A DNA stretch of 50,483 bases from Nemertoderma westbladi (Eukaryota > Animalia > Xenacoelomorpha). The position numbers and the translations under genes were made by a program. Location of the stretch: assembly GCA_032718475.1 (NCBI GenBank), contig JAUCBJ010002258.1, positions 1-50,483 on the forward strand, written 5' to 3'. This document shows positions 11,618 through 24,200 of this stretch, one piece after another (position 1 is the first letter of the stretch; the number at the start of each line of letters is the position of its first letter). The notes beneath the pieces were generated by a model, which was not told where the DNA came from, did not search any database, and saw nothing but the letters and a program-made list of their open reading frames with translations.

Positions 11618-14079
11618 CTGCCGTGCAATGTGATAAGAACGTAAGTCGCATTTTGCCAAGATGTCCAATGTAAAAAGGCCGTAAGACACAACATATGGAT
11701 ATGTTACAATCGTAAAAGACCGTAGGGCCTAAGTGCAATACAAAAGACCGCAACTACTTAAATTTATGCAAAAAACCGTAAGTCAACAAGACTTGCGGTT
11801 TTTTGTCGATATAATTTTATGAGGATTTCAAATCTGAAAATGGATTGGCGAGATCTGTTTGAATGCATTTTTATTAATTACCTTAAGAGCCGTGATGGGA
11901 GAAAGCTTATAATTTAACTGTTGTTATTAATTCCATTATTCACCTGAGGTCAACCCACCCCACCCTAACTGTTTAATATGATAATGCCTTCTAGGTGGTA
12001 GGTGCTTAAAGCGAGTTCGATTTTAGTTTTCGAGTTATCACTGTCTACCGCTCTGACTGTCAAGATGTAGGTTTAGAATTTTAATTAACGTTAGCGTTAA
12101 TTAACGTTAACGCCAATTAAAGCGTTAATTATTACAATCGTTTTTATCGCTGTCAGTTGTTTGTAATTTTTTAACGTTAAACATACAATATATTTCAACC
12201 ATCCAAACTGATTGTCAGTATTATGTCATCACGATCCAAATCACTACCGTTTAAAATTAACCTTAATTTGGCGTTGCTCTTTCATGTAATAAAATTTAAG
12301 AAATTCCATCAAAAATATTTTACGTTTTTTGCCGGGAAAAAAAGTAAAATCAATGCAATCCTATTGATTACTTTTTTTCCCTAGGAAAAAACAGTGAAAC
12401 CTTTTCTCCCGATTTTGAGGTATATTCGAGCGTAAAAGTAACAATTTTAGGGGGGGGGGGGGGGGGGGGGGGGTACACAATTTTCGGACAACTCTTCGAT
12501 TTATCACTCTCAGCGTTTAAAAATTGCTTTGGTTTGGCTAAAATTTGGCATATATGTAGGTGCCTAAGATGCTATTCTACATGACAGGTCAGAAAATTTT
12601 TTTTTTCGCTATTTAATATTAGTTAATACTAGTTAACAATAAAAAAAACTTGGTTGCGCTTAAAACCCCAAGGCTTTTACAGTTTTGAATCTAGTGATAT
12701 GAAAGTTTTTTTATATGATAGATCAAAGATGGGGCAACATAACTAACTATCAGGCGAAATTTTGTGAAAATAATTCTGCACCGCTAGGTGGCGCTGCAAA
12801 TTTATGCTAATTTTTAGGTTTTTTATAAATAGTATTAAATTTTATTAACAAATAATTTTATGCAGGGTGGCTATGTAGACACCCACAGAAAGTTTCAGAC
12901 TAATTGCTCAAAAATTATAGAAGTAGTAGGGTTTTGAAGTTGACAATTTCATAAAAAAAATATTTGGAGATAATCGACCTTTCATTATACATAGTAATAG
13001 TAATTTCAATAGGATTCCCTAAATGGAAATTTACATAACTTGAAAACTAAAAGAGCTATTAAATAGCGGTTTTTAGATTTGGAAAGACCATTCAATGGTG
13101 CATTATAATAGACCATAAAAAAAAATTCGACATATTTTGGATCAAAATGGTGTACCCCCCCCCTTAAGAATAAAATTTGTTAATAGTATTCGTAAAATGA
13201 ATGTTTATCAAGTCCGCCTCCAGTCCCACACGGCTTTATGGCCTTGTAGTTCTAGAACGCCTTGGGTAATTTCCTATATTAGGTGAATGCAACAAGAAAT
13301 AGCAAGAAAAATATACACTTAACTGTTATTAATAGTAACCAAGACGACCATAGCGTTGAGTAATTCAGAAATTTAACAATAAAACATATTATTTTCAATA
13401 GTAATAAAAAAAAATAGTATATTAATTAATAGTATTTATATCGGAAATCGTTCGTAAGAGTTCGTTAATAGTGCTCGGCCCCTAATAAATATAAATTATG
13501 AAATTTTTTTTTAAATGCAATTCTGCCGTACAATGTGAAAAGACCGCAAGTCACAAAACGTAATTTCGAGTAAAACGTAAATTACTGTTTGCCTTCAGAT
13601 TGTTGGTTTAAAATCTCCGTAAATTACTAATTTATTATAAACCTACGCAATTGGGGGTGGGAAATTTTTCTACGTGATTATTTTTCACTTTCCATTAATA
13701 TTTTGACTTCAAGGATAATTTTTTGTACTTACGGTATTTTTGCATTGTACAACCTGTATGTAAATACATATTTCAAGACACATACATTATTTCAAAAAAA
13801 CCGTAATTGTGTGTTTTCTTATTATCTATGCAATGACAAAACACCGCAAGTCTTGTGGACTTACGGTTTTTTTGCATAAATTTAAGTGACTTACGGTCTT
13901 TTACCTTTATTAACACTATACTTATGTTGTGACTAACGGCCTTTCTACATTGAATATCTCGAGAACTAGATTAGATACGGTGTTGTCGATTATACCATTA
14001 GATAGAGCGCATTTTTTAGACCCAGAAAAATTGAATTTTGGAAAAATGCGACTTACGGTCTTTTTCCATTGCACGGCAG
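11618..14079. mobile_element. Non-autonomous TIR element(s) with CTGCCGT ends (possibly Sola1-like), containing nested insertions
   Basis: CTGCCGTGCAATG...CGTAAGTCGCATTTT at 11618 is inverted at AAAATGCGACTTACG...CATTGCACGGCAG ending 14079; second left end at 13523; many subterminal ACCGTAAGTC/GACTTACGGT repeats. TSD not clean, superfamily tentative. Confidence 0.65.
12450..13163. mobile_element. Kolobok-like MITE
   Basis: TIR (G)nTACACAATTTT ... AAAATGGTGTAC(C)n; flanks TTTA / TTAA (near-TTAA TSD, purine start). Confidence 0.65.
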
Positions 14080-14811
14080 AACTACTGAAGATAAAATTTA
14101 ATCACTTTTGCGCAATGGGATCATGAAACGACTGTTTCACCAGTTTTAGATAAATCTTAAAAAATTGTGAGAAAAAATTTTTCCACATTTTGAAATTTTT
14201 ACCTAAATTTTACATTTTTTGACATATAAATTATATTTAACAATTACAGTAGGACTAACAATTTTAAAAAATTGTGATAGAGGGTGTTACGCTTAAATAA
14301 GCACCACCCAATTGAGCACCACTCAATAATGAGCACGCCCATTATCATTAGCATTTAAATTTCACGGGAATTCGTTCACTTTTGGAAAAGGCATTTAAAG
14401 TTTAGGGTTAGGTTGATTTAAAATGAGTCTGCCCGTGGAAATTTTACAGAATGCACACAACCTTAGTTTTGCTGGTTTGGTGATTTTTACGAATTCAGTT
14501 TTCCCATCTGACATCGTCTTCTCTGCCTGATGTGCTGTCAGTCTGTCCGTCAAAATATAACCGACAGCCGGAAAGGCGATCAGATAATTTGGCATCAAAC
14601 ATGGAAACTGACATCAGAAGTAAAATAACCCAACCAGGAAAACCTCCAAAGAACCTCCAACTTTTAGCTTGATGGAATAGAGGTGCCCGAATGTGTTTTA
14701 TATTAAAATTATATGTTTAACAAGCAGAATATAAAAATTAAAACCCTTTTTGAAGTTTTACAAAACAAAATATGTACTTTAAACATTGCCTCCCAAACAG
14801 GATATTCCTAG

Positions 14812-15251
14812 CTAACAGCACGGCATTGACTTAGTAAACCCAGCTTTTGTTTTGGTAAGTTTAAATCTAGTAATAAATTGGGTGATGACGTCAGCGAGTG
14901 CTTCCGGTGTGTCCTCCTGGATGCAGTGTCCGGATTTGGGTAAGACCTGGAACTGAAAGCGTCCCTGCATCTGCCCGATAGTTAGTTCCTTGTCCAGTCT
15001 GTCGAGGCCCGCAGCTAACAGAAGTTTGGGACAGGGTTGGGAGAGGAACTGGGAACTCAGACCCCGGAACCAGTCGGCCCAGTATGGTTCAGTGGTTGTG
15101 AGGTCAACACGCCAGGTATAGGTCGTCGCTTTGGTAGAGCTGTCGGAAGTTGAAGAAGTCCGCGTCGCGATTCTGCTGTCGTCAGACTCAGGTATATCGC
15201 CTAACTTTGTACTGCAATGTTTCGATCTGCCGACCTCATGTCCATTTGATT
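14812..15251 (-). CDS. PPME1: Protein phosphatase methylesterase 1, terminal coding exon
   Basis: Not in the ORF track (no ATG). Acceptor TTTTTTTTCTATTTCAG on minus at 15252; translation ...YTWRVDLTTTEPYWADWFRGLSSQFLSQPCPKLLLAAGLDRLDKELTIGQMQGRFQFQVLPKSGHCIQEDTPEALADVITQF...MPCC* matches the PME-1 C-terminus including the catalytic His (GH..ED). Confidence 0.93.
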
Positions 15252-15589
15252 CTGAAATAGAAAAAAAATTGGAGGTATTATCAAAAATGCGAAATTTGTT
15301 TATACGAAAATATCCAAAAAATATCCATATGTATAGGAGTGTATAGGACTACATAGGTATACCCAAATAAAATCGTTGCAAAACTCAATCAGTTTGTTAT
15401 AATTTTGGAAGAAACAGATATATAGAAAATAGATACTAAAAACGTCACTACAGTAAACTCACTTTGTGGTCTAGAATATATGTACTATATATACTATATA
15501 TACTGTACGATATCAATCAGGAAGAAATAATTTTAAACCACGAAATGACTTGAAGGTTTTCATTTCAAACAATTCTGAGGTGCTTTAAT

Positions 15590-16195
15590 TTCAGCCCACT
15601 AGCGGTAGACTGGAGAACTGCGGACCGATCATTTTCATCACAAAGACGCAATATAGTAGGCGCATGTATAGCACATATATGCCAAGATTCAGCATAAAAA
15701 ATAAATATCACGGAAATGGAAGAATTTCACTTTCAGACATTCGCCCTAAGTCATTTAGCAACAGACTGGAGAACCGCAGATACAACCTTCCACAAAGACA
15801 CTGCATGTGGTTTGATTCATAAATATTCAAAGATTACGCTTAAACAGATTAAGATCAAGGAAATGGAAAAGGTTAACACTTTCATATATTTCGCCATCTA
15901 GCGGTAGACTGGAGAACTGCAGTCCTATTACCTTCCCCACAAGGACACAGGGAGTGTCCTAGCACATATTTGACCAGTCTCAGCTTGAACGGATCATAAA
16001 TAAGGAAGTGGGACAATGATTTCACTTTCAGACAGTTCGCCCTCTAGCGGTTGACTAGAGAACTGCAGACAAATTAGCCCCCATTGAATGATACAGCTAA
16101 TGGTCTAGTACAATAATGCTGCCATGAACAGATTAATTTAAAGCAAAGAAATGGGAGGACATGTATTATTTAGACACGTAGCCCTCTAGCGCGAG
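15590..16195. repeat. ~145-150-bp degenerate tandem repeat (4+ units)
   Basis: CGCC(C/A)TCTAGCGGTAGACTGGAGAACTGC recurs at ~15594, 15742, 15892, 16038 and (partially) 16181. Confidence 0.8.
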
Positions 16196-16999
16196 ACAGT
16201 TGAAGTGATGGTGTCTAAAAGTCTATTAAATTTTTCCCCTTGTAGTCCGATTGATTGAGGCCTACAAATTTTCAACTCGACGGCTTTAAATCCGACAAAT
16301 GTTTTAACATGTAAAATCGTAACGACAACAACGACAACACTATGTATTTATCATACTTTAGAATTGCTTACTACAGTAGCTAATACTTCTTACAGCGAAC
16401 ACTGACAATTAATAACTATTTGCATAACTTGTAAACTTGTAACTTGTTGAGTTTCAACAGACAACAAACCACAACCATTCTCAGCAATTACGTTTATTTT
16501 TGAATGTAGAAAAAGCGATCATTTTTTTAAATGAAGCTAAAAGAATGCTGAAATTTGGAGTCTGAGTCACGTAGGCCTACATTTTTTCCGGCTCCGGAAC
16601 CACGCTCAGAACTATTTCAGGTACTTCGAAGTGGATAGCTACTATTATTTACCTATATTATAGACGTCGACATGGATTACATCCTGCGTCGTGGAAAGTT
16701 TGCTGCAATTAACGTTGGACTTATTGATACCATTATGAACAGAGAGACTTGGCGCGCTCTATCCATAAAGCTATCAAACAAGTTCGTTACGCTATCAAAC
16801 AAACCATTCCAACAACTTAAAAGTTTTGTTATGGGGGTTATTCTGGTTGCTGATTTGGCATTACTATGTTATGGTACCCACTTTTTGACCAAATGGCTTT
16901 TATCATGAGGGTTTTTGTTCTAGAACAATTATTTAATCTTCTACCAGTAAGATGGTAGCTAGTAGCGAGATGTGTGCATTGTACTTGACACAGCATTCT

Positions 17000-17295
17000 T
17001 GGCGCAGCATTCTTGTGAATGTGCCATCCAAAGATTTGGTGTCCTCAGCGGTTAGAGCCCAGAATGAATTCCCATAAAGGAGCATTTCTCCTAAGGTCCC
17101 CACAGAAATATACCCCCATGTGATAACTACTCATTTAGCGACCATCTAAGGAACAAAGTAGAGATATGCCCTGGCTAATCCCTTTAAAGCATTTGTGCCA
17201 TAACGACAAATATCCTGGCCCGCCTGCAGGGATAGAACCCACGATCTCCGGATTGATGTGAATTCGAGGCAATGGATTTAACCGCTACGCGAGGG
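17000..17295 (-). mobile_element. Probable tRNA-derived SINE
   Basis: Minus strand has an A-box-like TCGCGTAGCGGTT (~17280-17292) and a B-box-like GGGTTCTATCCC (17229-17240) at plausible Pol III spacing, followed by a non-tRNA body; 3' end uncertain. Confidence 0.5.
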
Positions 17296-17610
17296 TGGGG
17301 CTTAAAATCGCTAAAAAATGAATATGCGTGTAGTATTAGAACATGATCCTTAAACATAGATGAAAACTGAAAAAGCGCAGCTCAACGCAAAATATGTAAC
17401 TTTATTTAGTTGTCTTTATATAATATTGATTAATAAATAGCTTAAAAATAAGGTGTTTTTTATAAAAAGTAAAGTATTGTACAGTCAGTATGTGTTTATC
17501 TGTTTACGCAGTAATATAGTTTAAAAGTAAGTTACGTTTCGCAGTGTTTAATGTTTTTATAGTACTGTACATCAGTACAGCAAGTACAGTATGTTACTGT
17601 ATGTACTGAT

Positions 17611-17683
17611 CATGGACTTCTAGAATGTTATTTATAATGTTCTTGTTATTTATAGGAATAAATTAATATTCTAGAAGTCCATG
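17611..17683. mobile_element. 73-bp P-superfamily-like MITE
   Basis: 16-bp perfect TIR CATGGACTTCTAGAAT / ATTCTAGAAGTCCATG; 7-bp TSD TACTGAT at 17604-17610 and 17684-17690. Confidence 0.8.
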
Positions 17684-18010
17684 TACTGATCTATAATGAT
17701 GCATTTGATTAATATAGTCTGATACTAACAGTGATAGTTGTAAATAATTGTAGTTGTTACTGTAATTGTACAGTAAAGTTTATAGGATTTATTACGCAGT
17801 TACACAGTACCGGTACTCTCTGACTGTGGTAGGTCTACATTGAAATTGAAAATTGTATAGAACCGATACGGTACCCAGTACCGGTTGACCGATAGGGCAT
17901 TACCTTCCGGTATACTAAATTTATGGAGTAGGTACAGGTACTGTACCACCAGACTGCGGTAGCTTACATAATTATAAAATTGATAATTCCTGAACTGTGC
18001 AGCTGAAACA

Positions 18011-18498
18011 ATGAATATTATTAACTTTATGTATAACTCATCCACTATATCCCAAGCTACTACAGAACGCGTTGTTCCAACAACTACCGATGAAACTCTA
18101 GTAACCCAGAAACCCTGTATCTCTGTGCTCTACTACAACATTCCCGAAACCAGTCTACGCGTCTGGGATGTAGCCTTACTAACTCCCAACATAATATTCC
18201 TAACTTTCCTCTTATTAACCTGGCGGAAAAGCAGACTCCGGCTTCGAAACTCCCAGAGTCCAATAATCTACGCGTTCTATTTCCTTGTGCTAACGGTCAT
18301 GCTAATCAGCATTGCTCGCTGCCTCGTATCCATGGCTGTAGATACGTCATATAAACCTGGTTTCGTAGCAACCGAAGTCATGTGGTTATTCCTTCGTTTC
18401 TCCCTCCTAATGGCCGAAATGAGCGTCATCATATTCGGCCTCGCGTTCGGTCATCTCGACTCGGCCTCCAGCATAAAACGTGTCCTCTGGGTAACAAG
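18011..18498 (+). pseudogene. TPRA1: Transmembrane protein adipocyte-associated 1 (GPR175) homolog, intronless 5' half truncated by a retroelement
   Basis: C..VLY..I....RVWD..LL.PN..F...SPI...FY.LV...IARC.VSM.V...RF.LL..E.SVIIFGLAFGHLDS.SSIKRVL matches TPRA1 through TM4; similarity stops at the repeat beginning 18499; remainder absent from window. Confidence 0.88.
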
Positions 18499-19462
18499 TG
18501 TGTCCACTTGTAACTTTTTCTTTGTTCTTTGTTCGTTCTTTGTTCGGTCGACCAATCAGAGCGGTTTTCACTCTGTGTTGGACATTGTATACAGAAACTC
18601 ACGCAATTCAGTCAGTGTGTATTTTTCCTAAGCCTAGAACACCGGCTGTGGAATTATTCTGTGTTTCAGACTTTAGCCAAACATTAGTAGGCTTTGATCA
18701 TAGAAACGTATAACTGTTATCAAACCAAACTGGCAAACGAATCACACTTGTCATATGGTCATATCTCATACAAACACCGCATTATTTTACTGCTATTTAC
18801 TGTCGGTTATTAATTTTATCAGTTGATGGAATACTGTTATATTTGGATAATATCGATAAATAATCATAAAACCCCAATCTTCTTGATATACTGAAGGTAA
18901 GAGACCGGTTACATATAGCAATTGCGACTTACATTATATTGGTTTTGGAGTGAATCTAATGCTATTTCATAGGCACTACATGTGTCAGTTGCTGTTCTCT
19001 TTATATGTGACTAAAATTAGTAAAGGTCGGCAGATCGGTGTGCAGCATTGTGCGGTAGTGTGCATGACTGTGACAGATAACAAAGCATCTCCTAAAGAAT
19101 GCGCTTTATACATGAATCATTAGCCATCCCGTTGTGTTTAGTGTAAGTCATAACTCTGTTTACATACTTAGAGCGCCACGTCCTAAAGGAACTGTTGATA
19201 TTTCCCGAAAGTGAATAATATTTGTCAGAGATTATATATTAACGATCAGTCGAAAAATACAGTAGGCCTACACCGCAATAAGGTCAGAGCTTCCAAATCC
19301 AGTCTCCCGGGTATATCCAGCGGGTGAATGGTCGCGCATAGACTGGCTTCGGCTAATGTAGTGTAACAAATACCCGTCATAGGCTAAAGTCGATTTATAA
19401 CCTAGAAGACACCTAAATTTGGCAGGTTAAACTGCTAAAGGTCTGAAAGCGCGAACAATAAC
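18499..19462 (+). repeat. Long direct repeat, copy 1 (LTR or LTR-like)
   Basis: Starts TGTGTCCAC; colinear with 35372-36335, roughly 14 substitutions counted by eye; runs to ...AATAACA at 19463. No convincing PBS seen. Confidence 0.8.
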
Positions 19463-20997
19463 AGTTATTGGATCTTTATTGCGACGTAGGCAATAAAGAC
19501 TAAAGTACAGGTCGACCGGTAACCAGTAGGCCTAACTACCTAACCACCCGAACCGGTACTTACCGCAGTACAGGTACTAGTATTATTTCGATTGTGATAT
19601 TGTATACCGGTAGGCTGTTTAAGAGATTAGGGACTGTACACCCCTTGTTTCTTTTGGAGCTTATTTATTTCTGTCAGTTTTATTTATCTGTAAGTTAATA
19701 TTGAGCAGAAGACGTGTAAGCCTGCTCAGATTGTACAGATAATTTGTAGGCTGGACTGTTGTCTGACTGTTGTTAAGTCTGAAGAGATTGCAGTGTGTGT
19801 AGAGTGTATGTCCGATAAAGTACTAGTTAGGAATGTGGTGGGCTTCCAGAGCTGTAAGATAAATCCCCCCGAAAGAATAAGTCGTACTACTCGGTTAGAA
19901 CGCATACTAACTAACCATTTCGGAGTCTGTATATACTGTAGTTTATTTAGGCTTGATAGTAGTCTGCCAGCGTTTGGTCTGTATTTTTGTTTGTGTAGTC
20001 TGTAAGGGTAGCGTAATATTTATTATTCAGAGTTTATGCGATTATTCGCAACATTCATACCCCCAAGTTTATTCCTACAGTAATTGTGCTTGTTATATAT
20101 ACCGTTATAGTTAAATTAACTCCGGTACTACTGTACATCAGGGCTGTTTGGCGTAGGTAAAGACTGGTGATTTTATGCTCCGGTCACTCCGGCAGATACC
20201 GTGGTTCTTTTAGCTGTACAAGTATTTCTAACTGCTGATTATTTGTTGTATAAGTACTTGTACCTAATTTAGGGTTTAGTGTACAGTGCTTTCCGAAGGT
20301 AATTAGTGTGTAGGCAGTATATTCGTGTTGTAAAGTGGTTAATAGGCACATTGGCTCTGGTAGGCCGTGGTAATTAACTTCTAGGTAGGAACACTCCGTG
20401 AAACATAACGTAGTACTTATAGCGATACGGCTATAAGTCGTCAGATGGTGGTATTTTTCCTATCTGGACAACGCAGTATATTTACTACTGCTTTGTTATT
20501 TTCAAATACCATAGAATCCTGTCTGTTTGTAATAACCAGATATTCTAACCCTTTGTTAGGCTGGTTTGTAGACTTCTTGTAAAATTACCCTAAAAATTCG
20601 TACGTGTAATTTTTGTGTTTATTTAGAGATTGTAATCTCACCCCGAATTGTACGTAATTTGTAGTATTAAGTAACTTAGGTAAATTAGAATTATTTGTTT
20701 TAGTGTCCAACAAGTAGCACTTCACTGAGAGCGTACAGCTTCTGTGCGGTGATTCTTTCCCAGAAATAATAACATTTATTTCAAATATTGACAAAAAACC
20801 CATTATACGGGTATATATATTATAAATCAACTCAAACCGATTTATAAAATAGTAGGCCTGTCTTACAACAATTAGGTCTTAATGTCAGTTGGACTACTGC
20901 CTAAATAACGGTAATCAAGTAAAGTAAAGTAACCAAGTAACCCCAAAAATTCAGAAATTCAATTATTCTAAAATAATTGACATACCGGTATTTACAA

Positions 20998-21235
20998 TAG
21001 GCTTATTATATTTATTTCTATAAATTTAGGCTGAAATTATACCGGTATTCTGTAATTAATTCTAGTCCATAATTATACTTATATATACTATAAGTGTAAG
21101 CTGTATACCGGTAATCACGATAGGCCTATTATATATTTATATATATTTGTGCTGAAATTAAATACCAGTATTCTGTGACAAACCTAGTCTGTAATAATAC
21201 TTATATATATACTATAAGTGTATACCGGTATTCTA
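20998..21235. repeat. ~123-bp tandem duplication in the retrotransposon leader
   Basis: TAGGCYTATTATAT...GCTGAAATT..ATACCRGTATTCTGT...ATACTATAAGTGTA at ~20998 and ~21121. Confidence 0.65.
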
Positions 21236-24200
21236 ATATATTATATATATATATCACGTTACACTGAGTAACAGTATCGGTAATTAATTACTAGGCTAAC
21301 AGTTGATACTGAATTACTAGACTTGCTTTAACTGTAATATAGCAGTAGGCATTCAACTGTACAAACAAACATGTCTGACACAAAGCAAAACCTGTCAGAC
21401 AGTCTCCTAGATACAACCATCTGTGACCCAGACAGGAGTGTGGAACGTGTGAGACCGAAGTTCAACTCACCTCCTACTGTAAGAAAGATCATCACTCCAG
21501 TAGTAGTATCAGACCCTAGGCTAGTCCAACACCGTAGGTCTATCATAGGCACTCGAGCTCGGGTCAAGCGGGACCAAGAGGCAGCTGTTGAACAGCAGCA
21601 ACACTCGAGCCAAGAACTTATTTCTCAGCAGCCCGACAGCTCCAGTAGTGCGGATACTGTAGAGCTGACACCCGAGCGCGGAGCAAAGATGGCAGATGCG
21701 GTTTATTCGGATCCCCTTCTCATCCTTCCTGCAGCCGTACTCACTAGGGTATTGATTGCGGTGGAGGAACACCAGATTGATTGGGCTAGAAGTAAGCGAT
21801 CGACCAAGGATAGTTATGCGGGATACACAAGGGAAGAACTGAAGTCTATTGTCGAGTCGCAATGGAACTTCCCCGGACCCGGACTCCCGTTTGACTTATC
21901 GGAAGCTGCCTGGGAAGACATACACAGGATGAGAGTGACAAAAGACACCAGTGATCCAGCTGTATGGAAGAGGTCAGCAGCAGGATACGTACAGGGATTC
22001 TTCAGCTCTATGGAGCGATTAGAGGAACAACTGTTTCGACAACCCCAAGGACCTCAAGAGCAGGGAGAGCTGCTTTATCAAGTTAGAGAAAGAATTCTAA
22101 GAATCAGACTAATCTTATCGGCCTTTGAGGAGGCTTCGAAAAGAAGACAAGACACGTCGTTGCAAGTTGCCGTAAAGACTTGGTTTCAGCGGGTGAGTCT
22201 CAAAGTTCAAGGAACTGCCTAGTGGAAATCTCAGCTGGCTGAGCACTCAACCCATGGAGAATCAACAGACGCTACCTTTTCCCAAGTGGAAAGTGAAGTG
22301 ACAGCAGAGAAACCGCATAAGAGGGATGCTATTGACATCTATCTGTCAGACTATCAACAATTTCTAGGTGATGAAGAGTTGAGGAGACGGTTGTCTGGAC
22401 TTCGCCCTAATAGTGAAGGAGCTAAGCTTGTGTTGGACGCAATAGATGCGGAAATGTTAGCTGCGAACCAAGCTAAATTTGATGAAAGTCTCCGCATCGC
22501 TAGGGTCAAAGAAGAACAAGTCAAAAAAAAACGTATAGAAGACAGAAAGACAGCAGCAGCGGCAATGGCAGAGGCGGAAGCGGAAAGAAAGGCGGCAGAG
22601 GCAGCGGCAGAGGCAAAAGCAGCAGCTGCAGCAGTAGAAGCGGAAAGAAAAGCGGCAGCTGCAGTAATAGAAGCGGAAAGAAAAGCGGCAGCGGCAGAAG
22701 CGGAAAGAAAGCGAGCAGTGGCAGAAGCAGAACGAAGAGCATCTGAAGAGACCACCCAACTAGAGTTGGAAAATATTCAAGAGAATCAAGACTGCATAAA
22801 TAAACAGTTAACAGCTAGTCAAATGCAGATGATGAGTCGATCTACTCCCAAAAGACAGGGATATACATCATCTGATGAAGGCGATACCACCGATCCTGAA
22901 GGCGGAGGAAATAGATCTCGTCTAAGCAGACGTAGAAGAATGTCCCACCGTCAGAAATTGCCTGATTTGCCCCCAGCTGTTAGAAGGCAACTAACTAACA
23001 CAGACTTAGGTAGTACAGAACCCACAGACCAAATAATTAAAATAGAAAGACTCCCTACTATAGTAGATGAGCCTGAAATAATTAGGCCTGTTCTCGAAGC
23101 CACCCCTTCGGTGATAGAGACACCTGTACTCCCAGAACCTACTTCTAAATTCCCTTTGCACAGTACTAAACTACCTGTGCCCAGTAGGACTGTTCACGAG
23201 TCCGAACCCGTCCTGGACGCCGAGCGAGATATCAAGAATTTATCGCCCGTCGTCTCTCGCTCGCCCGCTACTACGTTGGCGACTCCCGCTTCGGCGGTCG
23301 AGTGGGTAGCAGAGGGACGACGGGAGATGGGTCTCCTGCTCGGGCAGTTGAGGGAACACCGCAAGTGCTCCTCTCAGCAGGTCCGGGAGATGGAAGGAAC
23401 TGTTCAGCAGTTCAAGGGCACAGTAAGGGCATGTAGGTTAGAGTTGCAAGAGGTGCAGAAGAGTATCGCATTAGAACGCAACGCCTAAAGAGGTGAGGTC
23501 TCTATAGGGGTGTCGCGAACAGGCGGCGGCGGACTCGTGAGGGTCTGGCGGCACGTTAAATACTCTATATAGTGCAGGGGAGTTACTGAAGGCCCTCGTG
23601 TCTTGCGAGCCATGAATCAACATGGTGCCGTGGTACCGTCTAGTCGGCCTGTTGCCGTACTGCTAGTCCTGTACACAGTAGGGGTGGTGGCTTAGTGTGA
23701 TCTGTGGTTTATGTGGTCTATGTGTTAGGTCTATGTTTGGTATGTATGAGTTGACCAGACTCTTTGCTGTCTCCGATCGGCCGCCGAAACGTGTCTTTTC
23801 CCAGGGTAGCACTATTGGAATGGAGGTGTTGCATCGGAATGGGCAGGATTCTGATGATTCTGTTGGTACTACTATTGGAATGGAGGTAGCACCCGGAATA
23901 TCTGCTGCAAGGAGGGGATAGTGGTAGTGTGGTCCGAGTGAATGATACTCTGGAATCTGTGGTTTGTGTGTGTACGTGGTATACGTGAGTGCGTGTATGG
24001 CCACTGCGAGTGAGTGTGGGAAACCTTGCCGGTTGGTTCAGTCGCCGCCGGTTATTAGCAGGACCATATCTTTACTGCGCCCCAGCATACTTTGTGCACA
24101 CAAAGTTATTTTGCCCTGACGGCAAAATAAGGTACTCTCGACTCTTTTATCAGTCGATACAATTTTGTCCCCTCTGATTTTGACCCCGATTTTGTCTTTC

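Noticed and set aside
16672-16908. 78-aa ORF as a host gene or PPME1 exon
   Set aside because: Wrong strand for PPME1; at most a weak resemblance (MNRETWR) to an RTE LINE C-terminus.
17220-17295. tRNA gene
   Set aside because: A and B boxes are degenerate and no cloverleaf is evident; treated as a SINE head.
22220-22222. Programmed read-through at in-frame TAG codons (also 34235-34237)
   Set aside because: The element has many other stops and frameshifts, so ordinary decay is the simpler explanation.
22354-22759. Minus-strand Ala/Leu/Cys-rich ORFs
   Set aside because: Shadows of the GCAGCGGCAGAAGCGGAAAGAAA repeat in gag.
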